Source: Trichoplax sp. H2
Lineage: Eukaryota
Assembly (NCBI GenBank): GCA_003344405.1
Contig: NOWV01000001.1
Span: 1,550,001 to 1,614,000, forward strand
Length of the DNA: 64,000 bases
Reading direction: 5' to 3'
The position numbers were made by a program, and so were the translations under genes. This document shows positions 13,725 through 26,565 of this stretch, one piece after another (the stretch's first letter is position 1; every line of letters begins with the position of its first letter). The notes under the pieces are model-generated. The model saw only the letters and a list, made by a program, of their open reading frames with translations. It was not told the DNA's origin and did not search any database.

Positions 13725-14240
13725 AATAAGTTTAAGTGCATTAATGCTCATCGTGTGACAAGATGATTGAATGTTTATCGAATATGCTAAATAATTTTTA
13801 ATAAAAGTACCATAGGACCGCGACTACTAAGGGCGTACGGTACTTTTGATACCATTCTCGGATATCTCGAATAGTTAAATAATTATCTAAATCGTAAATT
13901 TTCTATATATAGTCATGTAAATGCCGTAAAACAATTTCTAGTTCTACAATAGTTTTCTACTAATTAAGTTTACCTATGTCCAATAAGTTTAAGTGTATTA
14001 ATGCTCATCGTGTGGCAAGATGATTGAATGTTTATTGAATATGTTAAATAGTTTTAATAAAAATGCCGTTGGATTGAGACTAAGGGCATAAAATACTTTT
14101 GGTAACATTCTCAGATATTTCGAATAGTTAAATACTTATCTCAATAGAAAAAATTCTGTACAGTATACAGTCATATAAGTACCGTAAGAAAATTTCTAGT
14201 TCTACAATAGTTTTCTATTACCTAAGTTCCCATATGCCTC
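13725..14240. repeat. Diverged tandem duplication, 2 x ~257 bp
   Basis: AATAAGTTTAAGTGYATTAATGCTCATCGTGTG starts at 13725 and 13982; both copies end near AATTTCTAGTTCTACAATAGTTTTCTA. Confidence 0.9.
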
Positions 14241-15185
14241 AGTAAATGGACGAGATCAACATCTTTCAAGCCAAAACTAACTTCGACTGATTAATGATTG
14301 ATCTTCATGCATCTGACAGTGAATCCATACATTTTTTTCTTCAGGGATTGTTTATGACATATATAAACAAAATATGCGAAATTGATGTTAATATAATATT
14401 AAACTACCATACAATAATCAATCAGAAAATTTTAACTATGATTTAAAATAACAACCGAATTTTCATACTTTATTAAGCTTTTCAATCTACCAATCTCTCA
14501 AGTTATCTTAATATGTCTGTAAGAATCATTTTTCATTAGACTGCAACTATCAATTGATAATACACCAACGTTGCCTTACATTTATCTACCGTTGATAAGA
14601 GGAAATACAAGGATAGCAAGTTGAAGAATAGCCTGTTATTTATAATGTGTTAATTAAGTCGGACACTGATTAATTATAATACCGTGATAGCGTTACAAAA
14701 GATAGTGAATAAGGCATAAAAACAATACTTTAGGTCAATAATTCATTTACTTAACAATGCAATATTAATAAGATGTTTATAGCTAGTTCACGGTCATTAC
14801 GAAGGATGGGATCGATGTTTAGCGATAGACATAGTTTAGGCATAGTCAACCAAAATACTTCTTTATTTCAACGGATTAGAATTTCCCCTCTAGACAAACA
14901 GTGGATTTTTGTTGATTGAAAAAAAAGTGATAGGCTCTATTTATGAGTCATGTTCTCGTCGTCAATAGAGGAATCTTTTGACACATGGACTACATTGTGG
15001 CAATGTTAAAGATGAATTTGATGTAGAGTATCGATTGCTAAATAACACTCAGAAAATAGTGATACGAATCATTATAAGCAATGAATCATAGATGAAAAAA
15101 TTGCAGTTAAATTGTTCAGATAGGTAGAACTCCTTTTACGAATATTAAAGTTTTCTTCCAAGAAACAATTCTTAACAACATCGTT

Positions 15186-17786
15186 ATGTGGAGTAGTAAA
15201 CGAATTCATTGGCTATCATGGCTCTCAACATGTATTATCCTAGTTATTGGGATAGTATCAACTACAAATGCGGCAATTGGTAGAATGGTTAAAGATGGCG
15301 ATGTTATTATCGGCGGCCTATTTCCTGTCCATATTGAAAATCAGCTTTCGCATACGTTATGTAATGAAACAACCGAAAAAGGCGCAATATGGGTAAAAGC
15401 AATGATGTATGCTATTGATAGTATTAATAATAATACAGAGTTATTGCCTACTGTTACATTAGGCTACGATATTCGTGATACATGCCATAATTTACAGCGT
15501 GCTATTAAAGCTTCGATGGACTATGTTGTTGATCCAGATTTAGACATTTCGGTTGCATCGTACTTAAATAGTTCTGATGGCACGCTCGTGATGAGAAATG
15601 ATTTCGATATTTTTAGTAGTGTCAATAAAATTAAGCTATCACAAGTCGCTGCTGTTGTCGGTGCATCAAGTTCACATATTTCTATGGCGGTAGTTGATAT
15701 ATTGCGCGTATACTGTTTACCAGTCATAAGTTATTCATCCACTAGTCGATTATTGAGTAATAAAATACGTTATAGTTCGTTTTTAAGGACAGTACCATCG
15801 GATGTTCAACAAGCTCGGGCTATCGCTCAATTAATTCGCTACTTTAATTGGACTTATGTGTCGACCATTGCTGTTGATACAGCTTATGGCCGCCAGGGTA
15901 TACAATTATTTCATGAAGCAGCTGCTGCCTTAGGCATTTGTACATCACCAGTGAGCGAAATATTTTCAGCGTCTAATCCAAAATCCGAATTACCACGAAT
16001 TATCCAAAAATTGAAGCAGCAAAGTAATGCAACTGTAATCGTTTTTTATAGCGATGAATATAACGCCATGTTATTACTCAATGAAGCTGATAAACAAAAT
16101 TTAGTTGGACGAACGTGGATTGCAAGCGAGTCATGGGGTGATTCTAGTTATATTACAAGAATGCCACCGGGTGTTATTGGCGGTATGCTAGGGGTAGTAC
16201 CTCAAACTACTAGTATGGACTATTTTAAAAATTATCTTAAACAATTCGCACCACCTAATCCGATCGCAGATCCGTGGTTTTATCAGTACCTTTACGATCG
16301 ATATAACACTAAAATTGAATCTAATGGCGATAAACTAAATCGTAACGAATTGATCAAGTTTGAAGTTGATGATTTACCGATGGGTAAATCACAAAACGTT
16401 ATCAACGCAGTCTATGCAATTGCACATGGATTAGACAAATTATTACGGCATGATGGCAATCAACATTTACAACAACCAATTGATCCAAGTCGATTATTGG
16501 CTTTTATTAATAATCAAACATTTATAGATCAAGCTAAAAATGTTGTTCAATTTGATGATCATGGTGATCCAGTGCCTAACTTTGTCGTTGTTAATTTACA
16601 ACCTGATCGTCAGCCATTTGGTCGTATGAAATATAAAATTGTTGGTCACTGGCAATTAGTTAATAATAAATCTTCAGAGATGGAATTAGTGATGAAAGAT
16701 GATGATATTATTTGGAATGGATGGACACATAATCTACCGATATCGACTTGTAGCGAACAATGTAGTCCTGGTCAAGAAGTTGTATATTTAACTTGGAAAT
16801 CAAGTTGTTGTTGGCGATGCCGAAGATGTTCAACTGGTTTTATTAGTAATACAACAGATGCAACAAGTTGCCAGAAATGCCAATTAGGTTTTAAAACAAA
16901 TCTAAATCGAACAAAGTGTTTGCAATTGCCTATTGAATTCCTTAATTGGAATAATGCCGTTGCCATAACTATCATCACACTTGCTAATGTTGGGATAGCT
17001 ATTAATTTTTTATTTCTTGGTATTTTAATTTGGAATCGAAATCATAAAGTGATTCAAGCTACTAGTAAAGGCTATCTTTTCGTTGTGTGGATTCTGGTTA
17101 ACGCTGGTTTTTTGCTATGCTACTTATACATTGGTGAACCGACTGATATTCTTTGCACTATTCAACCCATCTATTTTGGACTCAACTATACCATTGTTTT
17201 ATTAGCTATTACGTTGAGAGAGATGACATTAATGTTTAAAGGTTATCAAGAAGAAAAAATTGCTAGTACTTATCTTATTCGGTACTTTCAGTCATGGGGA
17301 TTTCGTTATTTTTTCTCCTTTGCAATATTATGTGGCCAAGTCACTATCTTAGGCATTTGGATGTTTACGTCCCCTCAAACGTCTGTGAAAAATTATAAAC
17401 ATTCTGATCGCATCTTATCTGGATGTTCACGTGAATTTGATTCTTCTTTTCCAGCAACCACAAGTATCGTCTACGTTATTATGATATGTTTATTCACCAC
17501 TTATATCAGTTTTAAAGTACGCCACTTACCATATTGTAATTATGAGGGCAAATACATTAACTTTTGCTTACTATGTATTTTATTAGGCTGGATCGCCTTT
17601 ATACCGTCTTATTTAGCTACTGCGGGTATTGGCCATGTTAGTTTAATTTGTTTTTCAGTTATTATTAATTCGAATTGTGTGCAATGGTTTATAATATATC
17701 CTTCAGTTTATCAGATTGTTATTAGGCCTCATTTCGAGACATACCATAGGTCATGGTCTTTTAGTAAATTAAGTCGACGTAATTAA
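15186..17786 (+). CDS. Class C GPCR #2, CaSR-like, 866 aa, intronless CDS
   Basis: Single ORF with signal peptide, DGDVIIGGLFPVH, LLPTVTLGYDIRDTC, VVGASSS, ISYSSTSRLLSNK...FLRTVPSD, WIASESW, Cys-rich domain (STCSEQCSPG...CCWRCRRC) and seven hydrophobic segments. Confidence 0.96.
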   Translation: MWSSKRIHWLSWLSTCIILVIGIVSTTNAAIGRMVKDGDVIIGGLFPVHIENQLSHTLCNETTEKGAIWVKAMMYAIDSINNNTELLPTVTLGYDIRDTCHNLQRAIKASMDYVVDPDLDISVASYLNSSDGTLVMRNDFDIFSSVNKIKLSQVAAVVGASSSHISMAVVDILRVYCLPVISYSSTSRLLSNKIRYSSFLRTVPSDVQQARAIAQLIRYFNWTYVSTIAVDTAYGRQGIQLFHEAAAALGICTSPVSEIFSASNPKSELPRIIQKLKQQSNATVIVFYSDEYNAMLLLNEADKQNLVGRTWIASESWGDSSYITRMPPGVIGGMLGVVPQTTSMDYFKNYLKQFAPPNPIADPWFYQYLYDRYNTKIESNGDKLNRNELIKFEVDDLPMGKSQNVINAVYAIAHGLDKLLRHDGNQHLQQPIDPSRLLAFINNQTFIDQAKNVVQFDDHGDPVPNFVVVNLQPDRQPFGRMKYKIVGHWQLVNNKSSEMELVMKDDDIIWNGWTHNLPISTCSEQCSPGQEVVYLTWKSSCCWRCRRCSTGFISNTTDATSCQKCQLGFKTNLNRTKCLQLPIEFLNWNNAVAITIITLANVGIAINFLFLGILIWNRNHKVIQATSKGYLFVVWILVNAGFLLCYLYIGEPTDILCTIQPIYFGLNYTIVLLAITLREMTLMFKGYQEEKIASTYLIRYFQSWGFRYFFSFAILCGQVTILGIWMFTSPQTSVKNYKHSDRILSGCSREFDSSFPATTSIVYVIMICLFTTYISFKVRHLPYCNYEGKYINFCLLCILLGWIAFIPSYLATAGIGHVSLICFSVIINSNCVQWFIIYPSVYQIVIRPHFETYHRSWSFSKLSRRN

Positions 17787-19353
17787 GATATTCTCATTCA
17801 ACGTATATTACTAATTTCTTCTGTTTATGAACTACCATTTAATATTAATATAGCGCTTATGTCATGTATTTATTCTTAATTTCTTAGTTTGTTTTTTTCA
17901 ATTGGAAGGGGCTAATGTGTAAAGTAGATAGTGTACTGTATATATAAATATTTGTCATGGGTACTGCTGCCAATATTTAAAATGTAGCGGTATATGAAAT
18001 ATGTATAAATACTGGATATTACATTACATGGGTAAAAGTAATACTTCACGTAATGTAAGTATATTCGAGATGTTAGTTTTTCTAAAGGCAATAACTAATA
18101 AGTATGACATTGCTAATTTATTAATATATTATCAATTTAAAGGAGCTTTGCTGGATAATCTTTTAATTTAATTACAATTATATTTAAGTTTATGTAACAA
18201 AATACTTGTACATCGGTGAATTATTTAATTACATAGCTGTAAATTGATTGCTAGATATGGTTAAAAGAATTAATTTCTGTTGATTTTGCTTATCAATACA
18301 GCTAATTTCATTTAAGTTTGACTAGCGCTTTACGTATAGCCGTAACGGAGACGAAAATAACGTTCTGCTAATCTGTAATAATTTTCAAACTCCGAAAGTG
18401 AAATTGTGCGTTTCTTTGTAGGCATATAAAAATATACGGTAAAAACTTATGCCCAGTAAATCATATATATAGATTAAAATTATCTTTAATAATAAAATAA
18501 TAAATATACGAAATCTTGAGTGTTATTATTCTAAAATCCTGCGGGTAAAAATGAACATCGTTGAGATCTTCTGCAACTATCAATAGCCCCTTTACGTACG
18601 CTTACAGAAAATGTGGAAAGTGGAATTGGGTGTCATTTTAATTTCTCATATTTATTAATTTTAGCTAGCCATCATTATACTGTCCATTCGAATACTTGAT
18701 GACATTAAGTTAAACTTAATATTATTTTAATTTACACATTAGAACAGTATCGTAGTGTCAAGCTTGAATACTTAAGAGTAGTCACTGTATATTATTTTCA
18801 GGACACTTAAAGTTAATTGATCATGCAAATCATTATGGTCGTAGACCAAAGATTTATCTTTCTAAGGGTATGCATGCATTGTAGGGTTAGGATCATTGCT
18901 ATCTTCAAGACAACTTAGACTTTATTTACAGTAGAGGTATAAATACTAATAAGAACTCATTCGCCGCAGTTCGGTTATGGCTACAGAAATTAATAAAATT
19001 GACAATAAGCTTATTAGCCTTTGATGGAGATACACTGTAGCACCGTTGCATTTATATTCAAATAAAGTACGATATTATATCCAGAAATGATATAAGAAAA
19101 ATGAGAATCTTGGCTTTCTTTATGATTTTAGTAATGCGACAAATACAGCATACTCATGGTTCCGCTTATAATCGTTTTATTTATTACAGTATACAGTTAC
19201 ACGTGTGCAAATTTAAGTTTTGAATAATGAACAACGATTTCGCATTGAGGTGGCATTATTATTTACAACGTGCTATTTTAAAATATATTAATTGAACTTT
19301 TAGATCACTTTACACTACATGTAGTGTTGTGTTAAATCGAAAGAAAGCAAAAT

Positions 19354-22300
19354 TTAAGCCTCTTCACCAACGACATGCTTTTTTCTTTCAGGGACACGTT
19401 CGACTTTATCTGGCTTGGTGTACCGCAACCTGTTCTCCTCCCTAAAGAGCAACCAAAAAAACAGTTTAGCACCCAACATACAGTAAATACTGGTAGATAT
19501 AGCATTACAGTTAACATCGCTATAGCTGTTTTCCAAACTACTATATAATAGTAAGATATCGTACTTTCTCTTTTGAGAATCGAGTATGACTCTTTTTTCG
19601 GCTGCTGCTCTATGAATCGGTTTCGGAACGTGACGATGCCTAATGTGAAGTTAATAGATATATAATTTTGGTCACTGCCATTTGAATCTAGCTTACAGTT
19701 TGGATGAATGTTTCAGTAAAAAGTTATATTTATACCTTAGGATTCGTTTTACTTGAGGATGATTTTCGAATTTTTTCTTCAGTTTTTTATTATAATTATT
19801 ACTGGCCTTCTGCCTTGCGGTGAGCTAAAGAATACCAAGAAAAACATATTATTGCTATCAATTTTTTACAACGACTGGGGATGAAAATAAAATAAGTAAT
19901 TGACTTTATACGTACAGCTCCGAGTCTAGCTGAGGAATCCGCTTTCCATAATCTGCAAGAACCAAGGTACATCGATTACATGACAACATATTTCTTTAAA
20001 TTTCTTGCAATTATTTTACCTTAAGTTTGTTTCATCACTCCCAGAGACAATAAAATTATTATCCATACTCCATTTCACACAGAATACCCTTTGCATACGT
20101 CTAGTATGATATACTTCCCTGAATATTATAAATTTGTAGTAAAATACATTTAAGATGCGAATCAATTTTCATAGACTCAAACTTCATATACGAAATTTCG
20201 CTATTAAGCAAAGCGAAAGTATCCAAAGACGGTAATAAATAGTGAACTTACCGACTTTTTCCTTTGTTAACAGGGAAAATGCGAACAGTTTTATCAAAAC
20301 TACCAGACACAAATTCTTGTCCAGTCGGAGAATAGTCAACGTCCAAAACTGCAGAAACGTGATCAACATGGACACATAATGCTGAATCCAAACGACGCAT
20401 ATCGAAAGTATACAAGCTATAAGGAGTTGATGATATATTTATTACTATATGATCACGCCATCAAATGGTATAAAAATTTCTTTAAGTAACTGCCTATCGT
20501 AAATATTTAGTTAGATCGAAATTTAAGCCTTAACTCGATTACTTACTTGCCATCTTCATTAGCAGCAGTGAAATGGTATGCCTATGATAAATTATATTAA
20601 AAGTGCAAATAAAAACTTAGATAACACGTAATAGTACATACAGTCGATATGCAATGGAAAATACACTTTATCAGCAACCTCTAAAGGATTCCATGCAACT
20701 GTATTTGTCTTCATTTCGAGAATAACCTAGTTACACGATCAATTGGCGTTAATAAGCGTTCACTAGAGTAATAATGAAAGCTGTAAAATTTATTTTGGTA
20801 TGCGAATATCAATATATACCTTTCTCATAGGTGTTGAAGCTCGTACATCGTATAAAGCAATCGATCGATCGGAGCCCGTACATGCTAATACGTTAGTCTA
20901 TTCATAAAAGTTGAAAAGCATATAAAAACTGATTGGCTTTATTTCAAGTCATTAATGATGGTTTCATTATTCTGAAATTAGTCATAAATATCAACCTTAT
21001 TGAATATAATAAGTACCTCAATGGGATTAAATCGGACACCGATGTGACTTTCGATGCCCCACGTAAAAGATCGAATAGGCTCGGTTTTTTCTTCATCCCA
21101 AATTTCAACTACTTGACCGCATGTAGCGAATATATCACTCTTCCAGCTATGGTCAATAGCGTTGAATATATTCTGAATACAAAAGTAATTCGTTAGGTTA
21201 ACATCATGCAATGAAAATGCTCGCAAAGGAAGCAACGCTAAAAGGCATACTGCAGAAGCAGATTGAATAGATAGAAAGAAAGTGTATTGGGTAGGGTAAT
21301 TGTTGACGAAATATTGCAGATAAACATGTTATTATAATGTCATTAGAATTAAAGTTGGTACGAAGCTACGAATTGAGTCACCCTACTTTACTCAATATTG
21401 TCATATCCGGTTCCTTTAAAGAGTTCTTAGTAGCTAAATCTAGCGACCAAATTTTAATTGACTTATCATCTCCACCCTACAGCAAGATATGGAAATTAAT
21501 ACAAGTGTAAATTGTGCATACGTATGCGTAGTTTAGCGATATAAAAAGAGAATTAATATCTATGCAACATATCTACTGTAATTGACTTGTCGGTTTATCA
21601 CTATATTTATCTTAGTTGACAACAACATTCATATAGTACGTATGTGGTAATATTATTAAGTACTGTAGGTTATTTATTGATTGAGCGGTATATCAATTAT
21701 TATCAAGGACTGAACTGTGACGCATATAAAATACGAGTGGCACTGATCTGTTGATATTGCACTAGGCGAGTCTACCTCCAAATTACGTTACTGTTGTTGG
21801 TGGTAGACAATGTTATTTCTTAATCGATTCAAGTTATTATGGGCTGTCCAACCTACCGAAATTAGCTTTTGACTTGTAGGAGATATACATAGGCCTCGGA
21901 CAAAACCACTGTATGATACAATCAAAGATCAAGTAGAATCTATTATTACTATTGTATTTAATCATCAGTAAATAAGAGACGATGAACTACCATTACTATC
22001 ATAATACAGCATTTATGCAATAACTACAGCAACAAGAAAATATGTCTACTGAAATCACTGTGCTATATTCTGTACAGCACTGTCTAAATGATAATCCATC
22101 GCTATGCAACCTGTGGGCGTTGACAGCCGATAAGCATTTTCTTGTCGATAAGTTCCATATCCTAATCTATAAAAGACAGAACAGCCATTAGCCACTAGCC
22201 TTGATAGATCTATCTTCAGATCATTCAAATCGCTCTAGCGATAGCGTGTCAATTTGTTGTAGTAATTAAAATGGTAGTCACAAAGTACGTCTTGGAACCC

Positions 22301-22724
22301 ATGACTTCATTCGGTTGTATAGTACAGTACAATAGTCATGTCCATCTTAGAAGAGAGTGGATGGTCACCCATCTTAATGTTATCGCTATTTAATGAGTTT
22401 TAACAGTGTCTCCATCAAGATTATGTATCGAAGGAAAGAACATACTTCACCATCACAGCAGCCACTCGCAATACAAGACAGGCTAACGGGATGCTTTGCT
22501 AGTGAGCAAATAGCATCAGCATGTCCATCCAGTGAATGGATGAATGGTTTAGCAAATAATCGTTCTAACTTGGCTGCATTGAGTGCTCTAGTATACTCGC
22601 GTGCAGCCTGGAACGGATGAAGCTTTGGATCAGTATTTCTAGGCTGCTTAAAAATATCATGTCGTGTTTGACGTAAATAATCAGCAGGATTTCTTGAGAT
22701 AACTTTAATTTTCGCCTTTTCCAT
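19354..22724 (-). CDS. DCAF13: DDB1- and CUL4-associated factor 13 (WDSOF1/Sof1; U3 processome WD40 protein), ~448 aa, 14 exons
   Basis: Exons 22724-22446, 22166-22111, 21908-21857, 21476-21387, 21172-21017, 20897-20820, 20726-20679, 20581-20547, 20416-20252, 20118-20020, 19952-19916, 19824-19736, 19639-19565, 19441-19354 sum to 1347 nt in frame. Motifs KVISRNP...HPFQAAREYTRALNAAKLERLFAKPF, AWNPLEAYHFTAANED, DYSPTGQEFVSGSFDK, YHTRRMQRVF, RHRHVPK. Confidence 0.95.
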
Positions 22725-22819
22725 TTGGTCCACCAGTACAAATGGAATTAATCCTCCATTTTTCGCAAGTCAGTAGCCAGCATGGTCTCGCATGGAAGGC
22801 ATGGGCAAGTCATATCGTA

Positions 22820-23390
22820 TAGTACAGTGCAATTACATCGGCTCGGACAGTCGGACATTTGTGGCTCATGGATGTGTGTCTAATATACTGTACTGTTCCA
22901 AACACTTTTATTCGTTGGAATGTCCTGAAGGGGTTGATCGATCCTGTAATAATTCGCTTATTTTTCTAAATTGAGCCATATTATATTGAAATCTATTCTA
23001 TTTTACTAAGTGCCTGCTTCAAAACAGTGATATCAAGTCGTGAATGTTCTTCAATGACCACAAGGGATTAAGAAGATTTAAGAAGAATTTGATGCAAGAC
23101 GATCCACACTAAGTAGCTCATTTTTGGCTTCGTTTCCCCTGAAAAGTCTGTCCATCCGAAGAATTCCCAACCCTGTCCTTTCCGTCTGGTCTAGTCCAGG
23201 TCCAGGGTACGCTGCTACAGTATTTTTTATACTTGAGATTGTGGCCCGTACAGTACAATACACTCTGTTTTTGTACCGTACTGTACTGTATTCAAAGTTT
23301 TTACACACAACCCTACTAAATCTTACCATAACTCTTCCGATACTGTAAACAAGCATACGGTACCAAACAACTTGTAGCGATACTGTAGAA
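22820..23390. promoter_or_regulatory. TACAGTA/TACTGTA-rich region upstream of DCAF13
   Basis: Repeated motif instances (TACTGTACTGT ~22887, TACAGTA ~23216, GTACAGTAC ~23248, GTACTGTACTGTA ~23278) within 0.7 kb of the DCAF13 ATG. A regulatory role is inferred. Confidence 0.35.
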
Positions 23391-26292
23391 CACCAGGGGC
23401 TTTCTGAACTTTAAGGGGAAATTTTCTCTTGCAAAATTTTCATGTCCCCTCCTAATGCTGGTAGAAAAATTAGAATTTTGGAAGACCAGAAGCAACACAA
23501 CACTGATATGCTGTAGTCTAAGTTCACTGGAAATTCCCCCTAAACATCAATGATACCGTAGAAAAAGCTCTTAAAATAGTCCTACAATCCAGTCCTGTTC
23601 AGTCTGATAGAAATATAGAAAAATCGACACACTGGAGTATTGTACTGTATGGATGTGACGAGAAGCCCATGATCCACTTCATTTTTTGGATCGTACAGTA
23701 GTAAATATTTCTTATTCTTGGCATTTCTTCGTGTGTCCTTCCCTAGCTTCCTTACTATTCCGATGTTGCGTATTGAAGTATATTTTTTGTCGTGCTGTAC
23801 AGTATACTATAAAATAATGGAGATCTGTCTTTCCTTGGGCATGAATCACCTTGCTCTGTCTTTGGCTCTTACTGTATATTATATTATTGATTGAAGTGAT
23901 CACGTTCACAGTTGGAAACGATGTAACTAGATGTACATTGGATAGTATCATGCAGTGATCTCCAGTACGCTAGTAAATAACATTACATGTAGAATCAATA
24001 TGGATATACAGTAAAAGAGAAAAGCCCATCCCCAACAACAGTCATCAAGTTGGCCGGTTCGAGCAGCACATCTTTGATAAATTAGATCATCGACCGATGG
24101 GATGGCGAACAGCGACCATACAGCTTCACTTCTGCGATATACAGTACACTCACTGGTCGAGAATTGACTATGAACATGGATAACTACCAGCCGTATAGCA
24201 CAATAATATAATATTCAGTTGAGCATCGTTATAGTTAGGCTTAATGAAAACGCTCTTGACCGACTTCTATATTATATTTAAAAATTCATTCATTTCCCTG
24301 ATATTTACTTTCTCCTATCTACGTGCCCACCGGTAGCTTGATCAGTGTTATACCGGTAACTAGTAATGCGCTATGTAAAAGAGTATACAATCAATTTCAT
24401 AGTAGACGGTCATTTGGTGATTAAACTAGCTGAAAGTAACTTATCTGACCGTAACTTCCAAGGCGATCAAAACTTAATACTACAGTATTTTTATGAATGA
24501 ATACTTTCTTAATCCGTATATGTGGAATTTTCTCGGCGATTTCACGTATATTCTCAATCGTCACTACATTGGGATAGTTGTATAAGATAAAATAGAACAT
24601 TTGAGTTTACTGTATATTGTGCCTAATTGCACCTTGATATGATCAATGTCGGTTGGAAGGCCACATTCAATTTAGTATATGGCGAACAACAATAATAAAA
24701 AAAAAACTGTATTGTAACATTGTTTCTGTTTGGCGTCTGTAATTATAATTATTAACAATAATAAACAAGCAACGCAAGTTATGGGAATAGGGTTTAGATG
24801 CAGGGTTTGTCGTACTACTTTGTAGATTTTGTACAGTACTTCTACGTGATCATTTGCTCAAGAGCATATACCTACCAATCGTTGGATATCGTCATGCAAT
24901 GATTAGACAGTAAACTGCAGTATATCGCCATCGATTTACATGTCGATATTGTAATTACTGTACTAGACAGGAGATTTCGATATACGCATATCACGTAAAT
25001 GCATTGAGCACTTTAATCCCTTGAAAGGACTTGCCGAGAATACTTCGTTAATACATGTAAGTCGAATGCTTTGATCCATTCTTCAATCGCTTATATATTA
25101 ATTATAATTATCATTCGTTCGTATCCAGATGACTGTTTCAAGTCGTAAAGGATACACGTGCACTGGATCTAACAAACGAAACTACAGATGAAATTTGAAC
25201 TCTAGATGGGAAGGATAAATTAAACGCTTAGTCATGCGGAAAAATTATGTGGGCAGAAATAGAAGAGATAAATGGAGCTATCAATTATCGTAGTAAAATG
25301 ATAAGGGTGCGAAAGGAACGAGAAAGAATATCTAGAATTTATTCCGTACTCGATGCGTAAATGTTAAATTTTGCGAATACGTGTATTTTAAATACTTTAT
25401 TAAAGAATTAAATATAATTATTACTATATTATATACTCGTATGCAGTGCAATAATACAATGGACTATATCATTTAGTAATGTTCTCATTCTAAGCACATT
25501 CCTTAATCAAATCAAGAAAAGACTTATAAATAAAACTGTGAACAAGTAGTGAGGAAAGAGATAATTGAAAACATGTGTGGTACGATTAAAAAGCAAGGGC
25601 ATCTCAATCAATTTAAACAAATAGATTAAGAAAGGTTATAGTTGAAACCGTTAAATAGCAGTTAATAGGTTCCATAAAATATTTCAAGATTGTTAAAATT
25701 GGTAGGAGCGGTTACTATGATGCCAGCAATTATTACAATTTCGATGTCTATACTTCTAGCACATCATTAGATTAATCACCTAATTATCCTTTACTGTATC
25801 AAATGTTGTTATAGTGCACAAATGTGGGGGATAATAGTGACGTTTTCCTTGTTTTAACTCAAATATAAGAAAGTTGATAAGAGCTATCTGACTGATATCA
25901 TCCATTAGATGTAATTCGAGCTGATGGATAGAAGTGTATTATTTTAGACCGATAAAATAGATTGTCTACTGTCAATATCCTATATACGTACATATATATT
26001 TATAAATATATAATATAGCAGCCAATTTACGCTTCTTGAGTATTATTAAAGAAAGTTAGGATTTAAAAATAGTACAATGAATATTAATCGATCATAATAT
26101 CGAAGGAAGAGTAATTGCATCTGCCAATGTTAATGTAGGGAGTTTAACACTTAAAATGAAGTTTCTATCGTTGTAGTAACAAGAATTTGTGAAGCATGCG
26201 AGTAACATTTAAACTAAAACAATAACCTTTAACATTTTATATACTGTCTATAAAACTCTTCATCATAAGATACGATTGCAGCTTAAACCATT

Positions 26293-26565
26293 TCATTCTG
26301 GTAATGACTTTGAACGTGACATAGAATGAGGAAACTGCCTAATATTAACGGCTATTTTGGCCACTTCTTCGTTAACTTGATTTAACTTGTTTTTTTTACA
26401 TTCTATTTCGGATTTCAATTCACCTAATTCTCGACTGAGTCGTCTGATATTTTCTCGTACCATACAGGCATTTTGATGGCTACTTGCTAACTCGTCTTCT
26501 CTTAAGGAAGTCGATTTGGTTATTGGTCGGTAATTCGTTGAAATTTTATCTTCGTTAGATGCCAT
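26293..26565 (-). CDS. Orphan 90-aa small protein with central coiled coil
   Basis: ATG in strong Kozak context (CCTACCATGG); TATAAAG on the minus strand at 26622-26616; heptad pattern in VRENIRRLSRELGELKSEIECKKNKLNQVNEEVAKI. No family recognised. Confidence 0.55.
   Translation of the reverse strand: MASNEDKISTNYRPITKSTSLREDELASSHQNACMVRENIRRLSRELGELKSEIECKKNKLNQVNEEVAKIAVNIRQFPHSMSRSKSLPE

Noticed and set aside
17755-17786. GABA-B1-like RSRR ER-retention motif at the end of GPCR #2
   Set aside because: The sequence is KLSRRN, which is not an RxR motif, so I did not use it as support.
21909-22110. Intronic C/D snoRNA in DCAF13 introns
   Set aside because: CTGA is present, but there is no proper RTGATGA box C or terminal stem.
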